Assembly (NCBI RefSeq): GCF_022045235.1
Contig: NW_027266308.1
Location: forward strand, 31,062,001 to 31,126,000
DNA: 64,000 nt
Reading direction: 5' to 3'
Source of the DNA: Haliotis cracherodii
Lineage: Eukaryota
The notes under the pieces are model-generated. The model was not told the DNA's origin. It saw only the letters and a list, made by a program, of their open reading frames with translations, and ran no database searches. Shown piece after piece: positions 12,029 to 25,000 of this stretch (positions are counted from its first letter, which is position 1; every line of letters starts with the position of its first letter). The position numbers and the translations under genes are program-made.

Positions 12029-15000
12029 CTAGGCAGTGATGACGAACGTGGTGTTTCGCATGTCGTAGATCTTGCTGTGTGGGAAGTTGCTTCCACACCT
12101 GCCATTGCAGATACCTGGAATGGTGGTATGATGATGAAGCTGATAGATCAACTGTTATTTAGGATTAGATACTGTTTAAAATCGAGTCTTAGACAAAACA
12201 TCCGTAACAATGTTAGCAACGCAATGGCGAGATGTTTATAATACTGGTGTCAACGCCGTCCACGTCTCAAAGATGAAAATGGCATGATATTAAATGACAT
12301 TACGGTCACAGAATCGACTATATATAAAATCAGACTATATATATAAATATCAAGTCACACTTTTTGTTTGTGTTAGTATGTTTTACGCCGCCGAAAATGA
12401 CAAAAAATGAGTTAGTGAATAGGATATTACGCCGCTTTTAGCAATATTCCATCAATATCACGGGATTTGGAACCAGAAATAGGCTTCACACATTGTACCC
12501 ATGTGGATAATCGAACTCGGCCCTTCTGTGTGACGAGTGTGACTATACTAGGTTACATAACCGACCCCTTGTAGTTTGTGAACAGATGGCCTGTCTGACT
12601 CTATACTAAAAGCACCAGTTAAACTAAGGTCAAACAACAGCTAACCCCATATCAGGTGCATATATGAGAGTTATCGAATAGGTAATCGAACCGAATCGAA
12701 CAGAAGACTACCATGAGCAATTATGGCTAAGGTCATGCAACAGTTAACGGCATATAATGTACATATATGAGAGTTATGGTGTCCGAGACACTCACCCACA
12801 AATAGTGTGTAGTTTCCAGGAACCCACTTTTCACAGGCTTCCTTGTTAGGGTTACAGTGGGGGCGGGGGATAGTCGTGAGGGTGACGCTGTTGGGGTAGG
12901 TGCCAGGCGGAGACTTCTGGATGAGGACACTATCGTCTGTGAAAGAAGATGTCTGGTGAGATTTGAACAGTATTTCAGTTTTTCGTGCATCTAAACGTGG
13001 AAAAATACCCTAAGTGATGCTGTTTGCTAACGAAACATCACCGACTCCTGGCATAGTAAAAGGACGCAACTCTTTATGCGGCGCATTGGACTACCATTGG
13101 TTAACTTTTCTGCCAATGAAGATTTAACGTGATGTTTAGCGCCGCAGTCAGCAGAATTAAAGAAATAAATGAAGTGAATGATTCGCTGTTTCATTAAAGA
13201 ACTGCGTCTATCTCACTGTTTTTTTAAGAATAGATTACGCTTATAAAAGTATATGTCAATACGTGATCTTTGAGGACTTACCAATGCGATATCCATCAAT
13301 TGTCTCAACAAGAAGAACAGCTTCTCCGGTTCCTGTTCCCTTCTTGGAGGTGTAAGAATAGCTTATAGTTCTCGTGCCTGTAATACGTCGATAAACTAAA
13401 TCGGTACGACTGGTTTTACCTTCAACAAACTTGCCAGGATAGGGCACCGAACAAAGCGGAGTAATCTTCACTTTCAGGCAGCACATAGGCACTCCTTTGG
13501 GGATCTGCATACACTGCGTCCTCAATCATGGTGTATACAACCCCCCCAAGTATTGGCGATGGCATCTGCATTGGTTATCAACTGTATTCATTCGTAACTG
13601 AATAAGTTTCGCCTTCTCGGTTCTAAATGGTTTTATGAATGTTTTTTTTATCACGTCAGACCCATCTACTCATACGTCAATGTAATTTAAAGACATCGGC
13701 TCCCACAGCTTACTTGACAGAAAACGAGTTCCAGCACTTGGAACCATCGACAACAACAGGGCATTGGTGACTGCCAATTAGAACAATTTGAACTAAACTA
13801 AAGTACCTATATATGCATTCCCTTAATCAAACCAAGTATGATGTGAACATGAAACATTAGTTTGAGTAAGTTAAGGGACGTTGTCTTCATTAGGTGGGTT
13901 GATCCACCTAATTTTAAAGCCAGTTTACCTTCTCAATCACAAAATATTTAGGCTTATATTCTTGGATAATTATACTGAAAGGCGTGTCTACTAATAAGTT
14001 TAATACACAAACACTGATGCACTACATGTAGACAAAGCTTTTCTCTACAGAAGACAGGAAGTCAGTGCTTTCAGTGGACGAACCGAATTAGGCTCTGACA
14101 AATGGCGGACATACCTTGAGGCCCTACTGGTGGGTCCACTGACAGCTCTGTGATTTCAGCGTCACCGTTGTCAAATCCGGGGCATAAGGTCATAAGCTCA
14201 CAAAAGTAGAAGGGGTTTGCGTCCGCCCTGCAGAGTAAAAAATAATCATAGCTCTAGAGTATTCCTACAATGAACACAGGAGATGGTTCAAGCACGTGTA
14301 ACATTTATATGCCTGTAAAACAAGTTTCACAGTTTGTCTGTGAATTTGTTAAAGCCGAATATTCCAGGTAAATGTCGCTGGCTTGTAAACAATCGAGTCT
14401 GGTCCAGACAAACCATGATTAGTAGTTTGAGCATCATACCTCGCCGTCGAGTTACGTTGCCACTCAATCAACAAATTCACCAAACCCGACCTTCCGATCC
14501 ATTAAGTTGCCTCGTACGATCAGCATAGGCTACCTGGGAGACTCATATTCTTACCCGGAATCCCAAAGAGAGGTAGAGGAAATAAGAGCGTATTGATTTT
14601 GAAGGGATCGAATGTCTTAATGTTTAGTCGCACCCAGTTCTAGTACAGTGGCTGATTCAAGAATTTCAATGTTAATATTGCTTTAGGTTGGAAATTTATG
14701 GAACGAAAACATGCATATTTAAGAAACACGTGTGGAAAGACATCAACACTGTATTGTCATTTGACGAATCAAACCAATTTACCTTTTCACTCTTTTCTTT
14801 AACGACCTACCTTTTACCGGGTTATGTGGTTTAACTCACTTCTGAAAGTATTTAGCAAATTCAACTAGACCAACAGATTCGCAGAGACGATCACACATTG
14901 GACTCAGACTCTTGTCATGGAGCACTGCACACAGCTTCTCACACGAGCCATGAGTACCTGTATCTGCAAGAAATGAAGCAGATTCTACGCTGGATATGAT

Positions 15001-16835
15001 AATATCATATGTTAAACAGCTGTTCAGCCAACATTATGTTATCACACAACTAAAACACTTGAATCATATTGGTCAAATTTATGTCCGATGCAATTCCCTA
15101 TTTTGACGTGTACCATATAATCATGATCCCGTGTTTTTCGGGTGAACATATGACTTGCCTTTGCATGTGATCGTGATGGGTGCCACAGTGATTCATTAAC
15201 ACATGCTTATGGTTTAGTCGGAATCGTACAATGGACTCTGCTTTTAGTAGATATTTCTTATGATTTTTGCTGCTTCTTTGAACATTGACTTTAGGTGTAC
15301 GTGATGCACAGAGCCCAACCATATACAAACTGTAGTCTACAAACGTTTCGGATCTCCATCTCTGTTTAGTTTCAAATTAGGTAAATGTGGCATTCCTCGG
15401 GGAATAAGGTTGGATGTACCCTCTGTGCAGCCGTGTACGATGCTGTCTACATCAGACGGTATTCCCCGAGGACAAGCTTATTATATGGCAGATGCCTACA
15501 CATGGTATTCATTGAACCCTTACTGAGAATGATGCCAAGGAGATCATTGCCGAATTTTCTAGAGTACTGTATACATGTCTCGCAGTGTACGCCTGTGCCG
15601 TTGGCTTCACTTCCGGTGTGCTGGATGTCCTGTGTCTGGGCGTGATGGAAGAAGCTTGGCAGACATTGGACTCCGACCAGAACCCCCAGGAATACTGTTA
15701 CACCCTACAACAAGAACCATTCCCCTATCACCATGACACACTGGGTATCACACAGAAGTGAACCAATGACATAAGTGACAGTCGTTTGAGTTTCACCTTC
15801 TTTTATACTGAGATGTAATAAGTCACAATGAGTCTTGGGATACATTTTCTTTGTGTGATTTTGATAACCATTTATTTATCTTGATCATATAACCTTTGCA
15901 ATCAGACGATTAAAGTCGGGAATATCTTTCAGTTACAGCTGCAAAACAGTAATTTCTTTTATTGAACCTATGAGTCTCAATATTGTTTTCCGAAAAACAC
16001 CTTGCAGCAATGTAATTTTAGTGGCAGACAAAACATTTTACCACTGTCTGAAGCATAATTTCTTTTTCAAATATTTTCGGGGACAATTTGTGTTTTTCGA
16101 TAAAATCCCAGTTGTTCCCTGATAAGTGTTCTCAGACGTAGTTCTGTGGCATAACATTTACGTTGATAGTGTGTCCACGCTGCAAATGAAAACTGGACAT
16201 GATTGACTTCTGTGTACGTAAAACAACATCAATCCTGCATTCGCTATTAGCCCACTTTGGCTTTTTCGACATGACTGGCAGCAAGTAACAGATCATGTCA
16301 TTCGTCTTTTTCAAAAGCTGTATTACAACAACGATGTATGAATATATCGGTACAATAATTAGCATTTTGGTTGTAATGTTTCGCACAATCTTGAGTTTTA
16401 TCTCAGCTGTCTAAAGTCGAGTATTCTGACGTCGAGGTCGGCTATGAGGTTATTCTGGGAAACTCAAAACACGGCTTATCTCTGGTATATTGCGGACCAC
16501 AGAGGAGAATGAGGACATGGACATTCAACTTTATACTTTCATCAAAAGATATTTATCTAACAAATAAGGATCACACAATACTTATCTAGATCTTCAAAAG
16601 TAAAAATAAAAAGAAGACAAAAAACACTTTTTGAATGCAATTATAATAATGTGTCAAACTATATGGTATTATATTTATAATTCATCTTGTGAATTTTTCT
16701 ACCTTCGTCTGACTGCAACAGTGTGATTACTGAACCATTACCATCAACCTTGGCATCTGTTGTAATTACGTAAGATTTGATTTGACATGAGAAAACGAAG
16801 AAGGAATCCAATGCGTGAATTACCTTGACGTTCAT
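12029..16835 (-). CDS. Countin-like saposin-B domain secreted protein, paralog B (250 aa)
   Basis: Exons 16824-16835, 15524-15704, 14840-14963, 14115-14227, 13282-13377, 12796-12936 and 12029-12114 give 753 nt, open, ending TAG. Signal peptide MNVKGVTVFLGVLVGVQC; Cys pattern CETC..CEKLC..CDRLC..CELMTLC; C-terminus ICNGRCGSNFPHSKIYD. Confidence 0.9.
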
Positions 16836-17099
16836 TGCAAGTAATATCCCCAGCCGGGCTTACAACAAGGAAGGGGTGCATTGCAAAGATGTTCCTTTAT
16901 AAAGCTTGGTGTATGGAAGCCCGGTAGGGACGTTTATATCTGGCTCTCCTGAGTGGGAATTCACAGAAGTTACGTCAATAACGATTTCATTTTGCAGTTA
17001 GTGTTCTTCCCTCTGATAATGTTTCTTGGTTGTCAGCTCCATACCCATGGTCATGAGAAAACGTCTTGTATATGTAAGTAGCAGCCCAAGTATATATAT

Positions 17100-17756
17100 G
17101 CCTTTTACGAATATTTTTATTTGTGAAAAGAAACTCATTTTCTGCAGTGACAACAATACAATGTGAAGCACATTACATAGATTTTACTACTTCCTGTCTT
17201 TGTTTATACGCATAATATACATAATATTGCAGACGTTTTAATAACTCAACCTGAGTTGTACACAATAATTTTTTGAATTTATATATAGTTGGAAACTTCC
17301 AACACAATTCTGGCAAATATACTTTTCGCAGCTCAGTATAGTATTTACAGATCAATACGAAATGATATTCATCTTCAACAGACATATTGCAAACAGGACA
17401 CATACGTAAACATGATTCAATAGATTGCCATCTACCCTCCTTCTGTCGTAAAGGTAAAACGTTACATCTTAATTTAATAAAAACACTGCGTACATTGTAA
17501 ATGCTCAAATATCTTTCAGGTTCAAACAGTGTTTTATATTCTTTATACACCATATATCGGGTACTACTGTTGAGTGTTGACATCCAGTTTTGACGAAATT
17601 CATCTACAAGACACGTTTAAAGCACCCCAATGAAAGCTATGTTGTCCCCAACAGGCTGGTTTAACCATACAAATCCCAAACCATGCGAAAATAAAATGTT
17701 ACGAACAGATGCTACCCAAGTATTACGACCAATGTTGTCGAAATACATCAACATGT
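17100..17756 (-). mobile_element. CR1/L2-type LINE 3' fragment (ORF2 C-terminus)
   Basis: ORF 17173-17583 contains KLRCNVLPLRQKEGRW...RMCPVCN..VEDEYHFVLIC..Y..LRK, the C-terminal CCHC region typical of CR1-group ORF2; 5'-truncated. Confidence 0.8.
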
Positions 17757-18712
17757 TATAATGTATAAATATATATAGCCAGACCGAATACGTCCAAACA
17801 GTGAACTACTACACCTACATATGTATGGTAAGGCGCTGTAGCCAGGGGTTTTACTACTTTAGAATATACTGAAGTCGTTTTTGAATCAGCAAAATGGAAG
17901 AAAATATATATTATATATACAAATATGTGTTTTTTGTTTTGTAAACCTAAAACTTTATCTTTCTTCAGTATCATGTGCAGCAAATGCTTCATGTTTCCCA
18001 GTTTATATGACCAATGGATAACCTCGCCTCTAATCAAATATCTTCAGTAGTAGCTTCGTAATCGTCAGTGGATAATCTCCATGTTATAACACATACGCAA
18101 TACGTTGCTTTTAACCTTTCATGTTACGACCTTTGAATGGTACTCAGAAGTCAGCGGCTTACCTGAAAGGTTCAATATGGATGTGAACTGAATTTATACC
18201 CTTCATCACTTTGAGCTGTCATTAAATATTAACTGTGATAATGTAACTGACAAACAACTCAATAGCGAAAACCCTCTTTCTGCACAAGGCTTCGTTGCCA
18301 AATAATTCTTTTATAAATATCCGATGATCTGAAAATGTTCCAGAAGCTTCATATTTGTAGATCGATGTTTGTTATTAAACGCCACACTCAGCAATATTCC
18401 AGATATGTGCCGGTGGCATGTACATAATAGAGTCTGTACCAGATAAACCGGTGACTGATATGAGCAACGCCCGATGACATTTGGGTGCGATGACACGCAA
18501 TCAACCAGGTCTCCGAGCCTCACCACCTGTTTCATAGGTACTCAACACCTCATTGCTTGTCTTAAAGGTCGACTGTATTGGATTATCAGAGTCTCTGATT
18601 TGTCTTCTTGTCCTGTTGACTATTTACACGCCACCGTAATGTAGCTGGAGTATTGCTGACTGCAACGTTAAACAACAACCTGTTGTACTTGTGTGTTTTC
18701 TTTCCCAATAGG

Positions 18713-18996
18713 GGCTACGGGTGGCCCGGTCGTCTGAGGCGCCGCGATTCGCTGTGCAGAGTTGCGTCCCTTGGGAACGCCAGAAACCTATGATTGTGGG
18801 TTCGAATCCCGGTTCGCCCGGCCCCCGATTATGTTTCTAGGTTTGTCAGCACTATACCCGTGCTTGTGGGTTTCACCGAAGTGGTAAAAATCTGAGACCT
18901 GCATCAGTCCGGGGTTTCCTCCCACATTAAGCTGACACGCCGTGATATAACTGAAATACTGTTAAAAGCGGCGTTAAACCCAACTCACTCACTCAC
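18713..18996 (+). mobile_element. tRNA-derived SINE family 4, full length
   Basis: A box tggcccggtcgtctgagg, B box ggttcgaatcc, tail gatataactgaaatactgttaaaagcggcgttaaac plus (actc)n. TSD tctttcccaatagg at 18699-18712 and 18997-19010. Confidence 0.88.
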
Positions 18997-19259
18997 TCTT
19001 TCCCAATAGGCCGCCATCCAGCACAATTCAGTACCTGACGCCAGTCTTGGTTCGGTACTGTCTTCTATCACACAAGGCCGTGATACGTACGTCTGCCTAT
19101 AGAGGAAGGGGTTGTGGTAGCATAGAATGCAACTTTCACATGCATCTCAAACATACAACAAAAAGCAAGTTGCACTTCCGGTTTTCCACATACATTCACA
19201 TATCCTATTCAATTCTTCCAAACTCCAGTCAACTTTTCACTCCGAATGTGAGGGAATAA

Positions 19260-20990
19260 GGGAATGGTCACCAAAAATATAACAGTCTGTCGGGGAAAGT
19301 CATAAAAGATAATGCACATATATTAATTTGGTGAAGGCAATGTAAAAATGGCCATTTTATAATAAAGATAATGTTGCGAATGGTGTGTTTAAAGCAAGCA
19401 AAAAAGAACCCTAGAAAGTTGGGATTTAAACTCGCTAAGGAGGCAAGAGACAATGGAAGATTTGCAGTAATTTTGATGTTGGTGGTGGTGCTGGTAGTGG
19501 TATAGCTTAGACCAGGAAAAAGGTCTATTTGCATCAAATGAGGTTTTGTGTAACTGATGGACAGGGTCTGTGCATATGTCTTCCAATAGAACCAACATCC
19601 CAGAATTGTTGCCATTTTATGGAGAACGATTTCGCAAGAGCATACTAAGTATTCGAAATCTCTTTGGCAAGGCCTGAAGTTTTTATAAACCTCCTCCTTC
19701 ATCAATCCTAAACGCCCAAGATAATATGTTATTTCATTACCCTGCCAACGGACATGAGCTGTAACCCATACAATGTCACATGAGATACATTTAGTTTTCA
19801 AAATTGTGTATGATTTCAAAATTTCGTAAACAATATCATTCCTGGGCCCATTAACCCCAGATAATCTTAATAGCTGTCAGTGAATCAGTAAAAATGAGTG
19901 CTTCGTGACCATATTTATCCACCCATGACAATGCTTGTTCTGATGCAAAAACCGGTGTGTAAGCATGGCGACTGAACACGCCGGAGATAGTACATTTCAG
20001 GGATCCAGAAAGCTTCAGCTGTACGAACCATTGCAAAATACTTGGAGGCGTCAGTATAAATGTGTGTAAAGTCTACATAGTGTTCTCATATAACATCCTC
20101 AGAAATTGATCTCAGTATATTTTGACTCGTAGACTTCTTAACAACATTGAGTATATAAGCAAGTCCTGTCTTAAGGAAAAGCCAAGGAGCAGCTTTAGAA
20201 GGTGTGGGTTCATCTGCTGGATTCAAGTGACCAACTCCATGTTGTGCTGCCAATTTCTGAATGTTCAAGCCAAACGGAATCTTGCCATGTCTAACATTCA
20301 TAATCGACACACTCATTAAACTAATATCAGTAACTGAATGATAGCTGCTCATACCCTTCATCTTCAGAAAATATTTAAGTGATATCTGTTGACTTCGAAG
20401 GAGCAGGGCATGTAGGAACACTCAACCCGAAGAGCTAAGACTGGAGTTCCAGTGCAAATTCTGAGGCCACTGACTGAATGCGATCACGCCTGATCAGGTG
20501 GCGTTTAGAAGCAGACATGGAGACTTGGCAGCCATAGTCAAGTCTTGATAGAATACGTACTTTACATGGCAATAACTTTGTAGATTTATCAGCTACCCAT
20601 TGTGTTTTGGACACACACTTGATTAGATTCATAACAATGTTACAACGGCTACAAAGATGGGAAATATGTCTTCACCATGAACGTCTCTGATCAAAATATA
20701 CTCATACGATGTTCCCCCAACCTTTGAAGGAATCTTACGACGAGTGATCAGCATTGCTACTTTGAGTGGGATATTTAGAATCCCCATTTTGAACACCAGG
20801 CATTAATTTTGTCTAAACATGAGCGACCTTTTCGAAACCCTGATTGAATTCTGGATAATATTCATTTTTCTCAAGATAATAAGTCAAGCGGTTGTTAACT
20901 TTCTTTCCATAATTTTACATAAATTAGAGGTAAGGGAAATTGGCTTATACGATGCTGGTAGTGAGGGGTCTTCACCTGGCATTGGTACAA
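19260..20990 (-). mobile_element. Degenerate RNase H-bearing LINE (I/Nimb-like) fragment
   Basis: Broken frames retain PISLTSNLCKIME and ILSRLDYG (RT region) and IFTDSLTA and WVTAHV..QGNE (RNase H). Confidence 0.75.
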
Positions 20991-21274
20991 TTTTTATGTT
21001 GGTTTATGGTATGAGTTGCCTCCTTTGTTTGAAAAAGTTAAAGTACAAGATTGAAATCTCGGAGAGCAGAAACAAGTGTATGCTGTATTTATATTGGATT
21101 GCAGCTAATACTACGTCATCATACTTCGATGAATAAAGCTGACTTCAAAATTAAACTATCTCATATCAGAGATATACAATTTAGGGTTCGAAATGTATGC
21201 ATAAATGTGTGCCGATCGCACGGTTCAGTTAAAACGAACTCCCTGTGTCCCACTGCAGTGACCGGTTTCTAAGA

Positions 21275-21448
21275 TTTGTTTGATTGTTTGTTTGTTGTTT
21301 AACGCCGCACTCAGCAATATTCCAGCTTTATTACGGCGGTCTGTAAATAATCGAATCAGGACCAGACAATCCGGTGATTGACATCAGTTGCCTCTTACGA
21401 CAAGCATGGGTTGCTGAAGACCTATTCTAACCCGGATCTTCACGGGTC
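21275..21448 (-). mobile_element. SINE-like family 1, intact head with an internal deletion
   Basis: Reverse complement reads gacccgtgaagatccgggttagaataggtcttcagcaacccatgcttgtcgtaagaggc, with an (aaac)n tail. TSD ggt(t/c)tctaaga at 21264-21274 and 21449-21459. Confidence 0.85.
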
Positions 21449-22068
21449 GGTCTCTAAGAAGAATACTTTCCATGCATACAGGTTGCAATTGAACCATGTA
21501 CACAACCAAGTAGGAAATATCTCTTCGGCATTCTCTTCTCTGTTGATGTCAATGGACACGAAACTGGCTGTCAACTGAAACTCCGTCATAATATGAGATC
21601 TAAAACGATGTTCAGTGGCAGAAATCCCAGTCACCTGCGACAGTAGGTATCTCCAAGATTCCTATCTTGGCTGTGGAACATAAGAAGGCCTGTACACAAG
21701 AAGAAATCCAAAAATCCCCTGTTATCGAAGGGGCCGGTATGTAGTTTTCTCATTATATATGTTTTACGCCAAATGCGTGTCTGTAAACTTTGTAAACAAG
21801 TATAATTTTGAAGAATGTTTTAGTGACATCACAATGGCCTCTCACCAAAGTAAAGTAACTCATCCAGTCAAATCCTTCAATGGGGATCGAAACAGTAGTA
21901 GCATGGGTGAAATACACACTCTCTCAGGTGTCGAAACGGTTATACACTTTGGGGAAGGAGTTGTGACAATAACATCAAATGTCAGGGTTGTCGGTTCAAG
22001 GATAAATATCAAGATGGGAGTTACATTTTCCATATTTATTCCAACTAAATCCTTACAACACAATATAT

Positions 22069-25000
22069 CTATGCAGTGATGCGGAAAGAGATGGAGCGTC
22101 TGTCGTAGATCTTGCTGTGGGGATGGTCGCTGCCGCATTCGCCATTGCAGATATCTAAAGGGAAAATATATCTTGATCAGTCTGATGAATATATGTTATC
22201 AAGAGATAAATTAACATTATGAGTTTTCAGTTTTGCGGATATTATTAGTAATATGCTATGCCCTGAATTTTCATTTTGATCCCGTTTCCGGAACAAGCTA
22301 GCCTGGTTAGCAAAATGTGGGGAAAAACAACTAAATGGAAAATGTTCTGATAAGTATTGATCAAACTTAATACTTACTTAATGTGGCACCAAATTCGCGA
22401 AGTTGTATTGCGAAGTTTGCAGATTGCAGCCCTCGCATTCATTTTACTATCGGATAAGACATTAGCTTAACAAATTGTACACCCATGTGGAGAATCGAAC
22501 CCGGGCCTTCAGTGTGACAAGCGTACGAGTTAACCAGTAGACTACCCCACATCAGTAATTAGGCTTATCAAAATCCGAAAAGTAAATCATGCTGTTGTTT
22601 TCGAAGAGTTCGCTATTGTGGCAGGTGTAGAGAGACAGGTACCAGACCCCGTGTAGTTAATTGCACGTTGCACCCACCAACACGTAGGGTGTAGTTTCCT
22701 GGTAGCCACTGTTCGCACGGTCCCTGGGATGGGTCACAGTTTGGGTCAGGCTCAGCCTTCAGGGTCATACGGGTGGGGTAGGTGCCTGCTGGAGACTTCT
22801 GGTTCAGGAAACTATCCTCTGCGGAGAAAGATGAACAGGTAAGTTTTTTACTGTAGGATATACAGTGATACCAAGATTACTCGACGTCGGGGTGACCATC
22901 GTAAATGTAACGAGCTATGGTCAGTTCGATAGCCATACCACGGCTAAATATTCTGCCTCAAACTTAAAGTTTTATTGTCAAGTTAATGCAACTACTCTGT
23001 AAAATCACCTAATTATAACGTATTTGTACCGACAAGGTGTAGTCATGACTCCATTGTTAGTAATGATCGAGTTATTCATTGTTATTCATAGTTCAAGACA
23101 AGAGGTGTGCCAAAACTTGGCTAGAATAAAGATCAGTATTTAACAGGGGTTTACATCATCTTTAAGGTCGAGTTAAAGGTTTCTGGCGTCTCTTTACATT
23201 AACTTATAAAGTATTATATTGGCCAGTAGTCATAGTTATGACCTGCGTCGTCAGTAGTGTAATCTTGTTAGTTTCTTGTTCACTCCACGCCACACAGTAT
23301 TCCAGATATAACGCGGGTCTGTAATTAATAGATACTAGTAATATGACCAACGATGCCACCCAATCCATAAAGTTGCCTCGAGCGATGAGCAGAGGCTCCT
23401 AGGGTTCTATTCTAACCCGGACTGCTGGTAACTCACCAATTGGAAGCCCATCAAGTGTCTCTACAAGAACAACGATCTCTCCAGTTCCGGTTCCGTTCTT
23501 GGACGTGTAAGAAAAGTTGATTGTTTTCTGACCTGAAGCAAATTGAATAAAAAATCAGTATCAAGCATCACCTCCGCACAGGAACAGTATTACTTAATTT
23601 TGATTCAGCTGTAACATAGTACGGACAAATGTTTTAATAACTTCGAAACTGCTTTCTCCAATAAATGCAAGAAGAAAAGTAGTGTAATGGTGTTGTGGGC
23701 AACTTCATGGACAACGAATACATTATTTGTTTTGGTGAGGTAGAACACTTTCTTATTTATTTTGTTGTATAAATTTTGCATTTATATTAAAATATGTATA
23801 ATTTATATGTCACTCGAGTGAGATAACACTTAATGTCGCAACTATTGTCAGTGGTTTTCACAGTACGATCATTGAAATCAGTAAGAAAATACACAATAAA
23901 CAGAACATTTGTCTTTTCTTGTCAGATGACATGTTTGTCTATTCTCGTGACCTAACGAAGTTGATCATTTCACTCTTGATTGAGCCACTCATAAATATCA
24001 ACTATTTCACTCGCTGAAATAAACATGTTATTTGACAAAAGAATACAAATATCCTCTCTTTATCTGCGACAGTTGCCGTCCTACCTTGGGGTCCTGATGC
24101 TGGGACGATTGCAAGTTCCGTAATTTTGGCATCCCCATCATCAAAAATAGGGCATACGTTAAGAAGTTCACAGAAATAGATTGGGTCAAGGTCAGCCCTG
24201 TGGAAGAAAACAGTTGTCTCATAACGAACTCTGTGGAGAGATTAGGCACCTTTTTTTTTCTTTAATGCTAACTTATATTTTTCAAAGCAACTGTGCCTTT
24301 TTTCATTAGAAGTAAAATATATTTTATTTAACTATGTGTTGTGTAACATGCGTAAATCTCGAACAAGGTCAATAGCAATGAACGTACATTACCAGAACGA
24401 ACATGCAGCTGTAGTAATTTTAGTTAAATTGAACTTCTTCGAGTGGTACACACTGCTAAATATAAACACGTGCAGCCACCTTACTGCTGATCCTCACACG
24501 GATTGTAACCGCTTGATAAAAACCAATGATTTATCGCAAGGAAAATGGAAATGGATGGAAATGTTTTGTCAGTACTGTACGTAATATTCCTTATCGCTTG
24601 ACTGGCTTGATTTCACTTTATAAGTATTAGCTAACATGTAGATATATTCGTTGGTTAATAATTGCGATATTTCATGATGCTATTTCATGTGGCGAGGACT
24701 ATACTACACTGCTATATTTAACCTGTATTGCCTTCGACCCATTCACCTATACATGTTTACTCACTTCTGAATGAGTTTCACAAACTCGTCAATACCAGCA
24801 ATGTCACAGAGAAGATCACAGACGACCGCCAGGGCCTGACTTCCGGTCTTCTGACCAAGAGCTGCGCACAGTTTTTCACAGGATCCAACAACCCCAAGAT
24901 CTGCAGGAAACAACATACACGTGAGTCAACCTGACTAGGTTGTCTGTTCTCCATGTAATCCCTGCAGTGATAACTTTCTTACATTCTTGCTTCAGATGTC

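Noticed and set aside
21387-21448. Calling the family-1 head a pistol, HDV-like, twister or hammerhead ribozyme
   Set aside because: The first hairpin and A-rich linker recall pistol, but its P2/P3 arrangement is missing. There is no room for the HDV P3/P1 nesting, no twister P1/P2 arrangement and no CUGANGA/GAAA core.
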